NCBI RefSeq assembly: GCF_001194135.2
Contig: NC_068988.1
Coordinates: forward strand, 24,367,420 to 24,402,005
Length of the DNA: 34,586 nucleotides
Direction: 5' to 3'
DNA from: Octopus bimaculoides
Lineage: Eukaryota
How positions within the stretch are numbered: the stretch's first letter is position 1; each line of letters starts with the position of its first letter. Positions 33,409-34,586 of this stretch are shown one piece after another. The notes beneath the pieces are model-generated. The model saw nothing but the letters and a program-made list of their open reading frames with translations. It ran no database searches and was not told where the DNA came from. The translations under genes were made by a program, and so were the position numbers.

Positions 33409-33704
33409 CCTATATAAATAGATAAATACATATTTGTACACACCCACATATTAGATATATACTTTATTTTGCACATTAAATCTACTAAATACTATTGCAT
33501 TCATAAATATATGATTGTTTGTCATATCGTAAATTATTTCCTATCGGAGGTTTTCGTCGTACAAACGCTACCATTCCACTTCTATATATCTCAGCCTTTA
33601 CATACATTAAAGGATGCATGTACACACGAACACAGAGTTACAAGTAAGTCTGTGCGCGTGCGCGTACAAGTGTGTTTGTACCCGAGTCTACGTCCGTGCT
33701 GATG

Positions 33705-33708
33705 TAAC

Positions 33709-33785
<77 letters not shown>

Positions 33786-33790
33786 ATTTG

Positions 33791-33825
<35 letters not shown>

Positions 33826-33854
33826 NNNNNNNNNNNNNNNNNNNNNNNNNNNNN

Positions 33855-33887
<33 letters not shown>

Positions 33888-33894
33888 GAGAGAG

Positions 33895-33945
<51 letters not shown>

Positions 33946-33962
33946 GAGAGAGATAGATAGAT
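33705..33962. repeat. Compound (TA)(TG)(TA)-gap-(GA)(GATA) microsatellite block
   Basis: Direct reading. Confidence 0.95.
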
Positions 33963-34321
33963 ACTATCTTTAAATTAGTGTTCAACCGAGTGTAAAGTCG
34001 CCATTTTCTGTTTAAAGATCATGTCAAGTTGCGATATCTGAGATCAACCCATCCGTGGCCACTTCAAATATTAAGAGAGGGAGACAGTGGAATGTATTTA
34101 GCAGATTGCTTGCGGCTGTGTGGAAAACGATAAAACATTATGTACAGAAAAAAATAAAATAAAATAATGACGACAGCTGCAGAACTTCGAAACGAGCTAC
34201 GATAGTACGATTGCCAGCCAGAATTTTGATAGAATCTCGAAAGCATTGTAACATTCATGTGAAGGGGACACGAACTTTTGAAAGAAGCATCGGTCTGAGG
34301 AGGAGAATGGGGCAGTCTTTC

Positions 34322-34400
34322 TCTGTGTGTGTGTGTGTGTGTGTTTCTGTGTATGTGTATGTGTATGTGTATGTATACATACATACAAATATATACATAT

Positions 34401-34479
<79 letters not shown>

Positions 34480-34480
34480 C
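34322..34480. repeat. (TG)/(TA)/(TACA) microsatellite block
   Basis: Direct reading. Confidence 0.95.
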
Positions 34481-34586
34481 ATACATAAACATGGGTTTGT
34501 GTGTGCGTACGTGTGTGGTTTTCTGTTTTATCTTGTCGACTTTGTTTTATACTTTTTATCAGTACTATATTGTATATATATGTATA

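Noticed and set aside
34064-34299. Minus-strand ORF after a strong acceptor (CCATTCTCCTCCTCAG) with a hydrophobic stretch
   Set aside because: No convincing donor or family motif; the hydrophobic run derives from an A-rich tract on the plus strand.

Overview
Eukaryotic, AT-rich and repeat-dominated DNA from a short-read draft assembly, with 11 N-gaps, most flanked by (TA)n/(TG)n. The two abundant tRNA-headed SINE families match my recollection of Octopus (coleoid cephalopod) repeats, so the taxon is inferred from memory and was not searched. No intact protein-coding gene is supportable: most supplied ORFs are microsatellite or N-gap artefacts. The window contains about 20 SINE copies, a rearranged mariner relic, a mariner MITE, a hAT/Charlie-type MITE, an RTE LINE fragment and many simple repeats. 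Two elements stand out. (1) A 476-bp fold-back (2779-3254) is built from two head-to-head copies of a short element that joins a tRNA-like Pol III B-box head to a minimal, dimer-type hammerhead ribozyme of the kind known from Penelope-like elements. One ribozyme copy looks intact, and related covarying motifs occur at 1044, 10173 and 25722. (2) A 727-bp TIR element (8028-8754) splits a SINE at a TATA site and carries a doubly frameshifted SAP-domain + SWIM-finger pseudogene. Coordinates of degenerate repeats were set by eye and are approximate.
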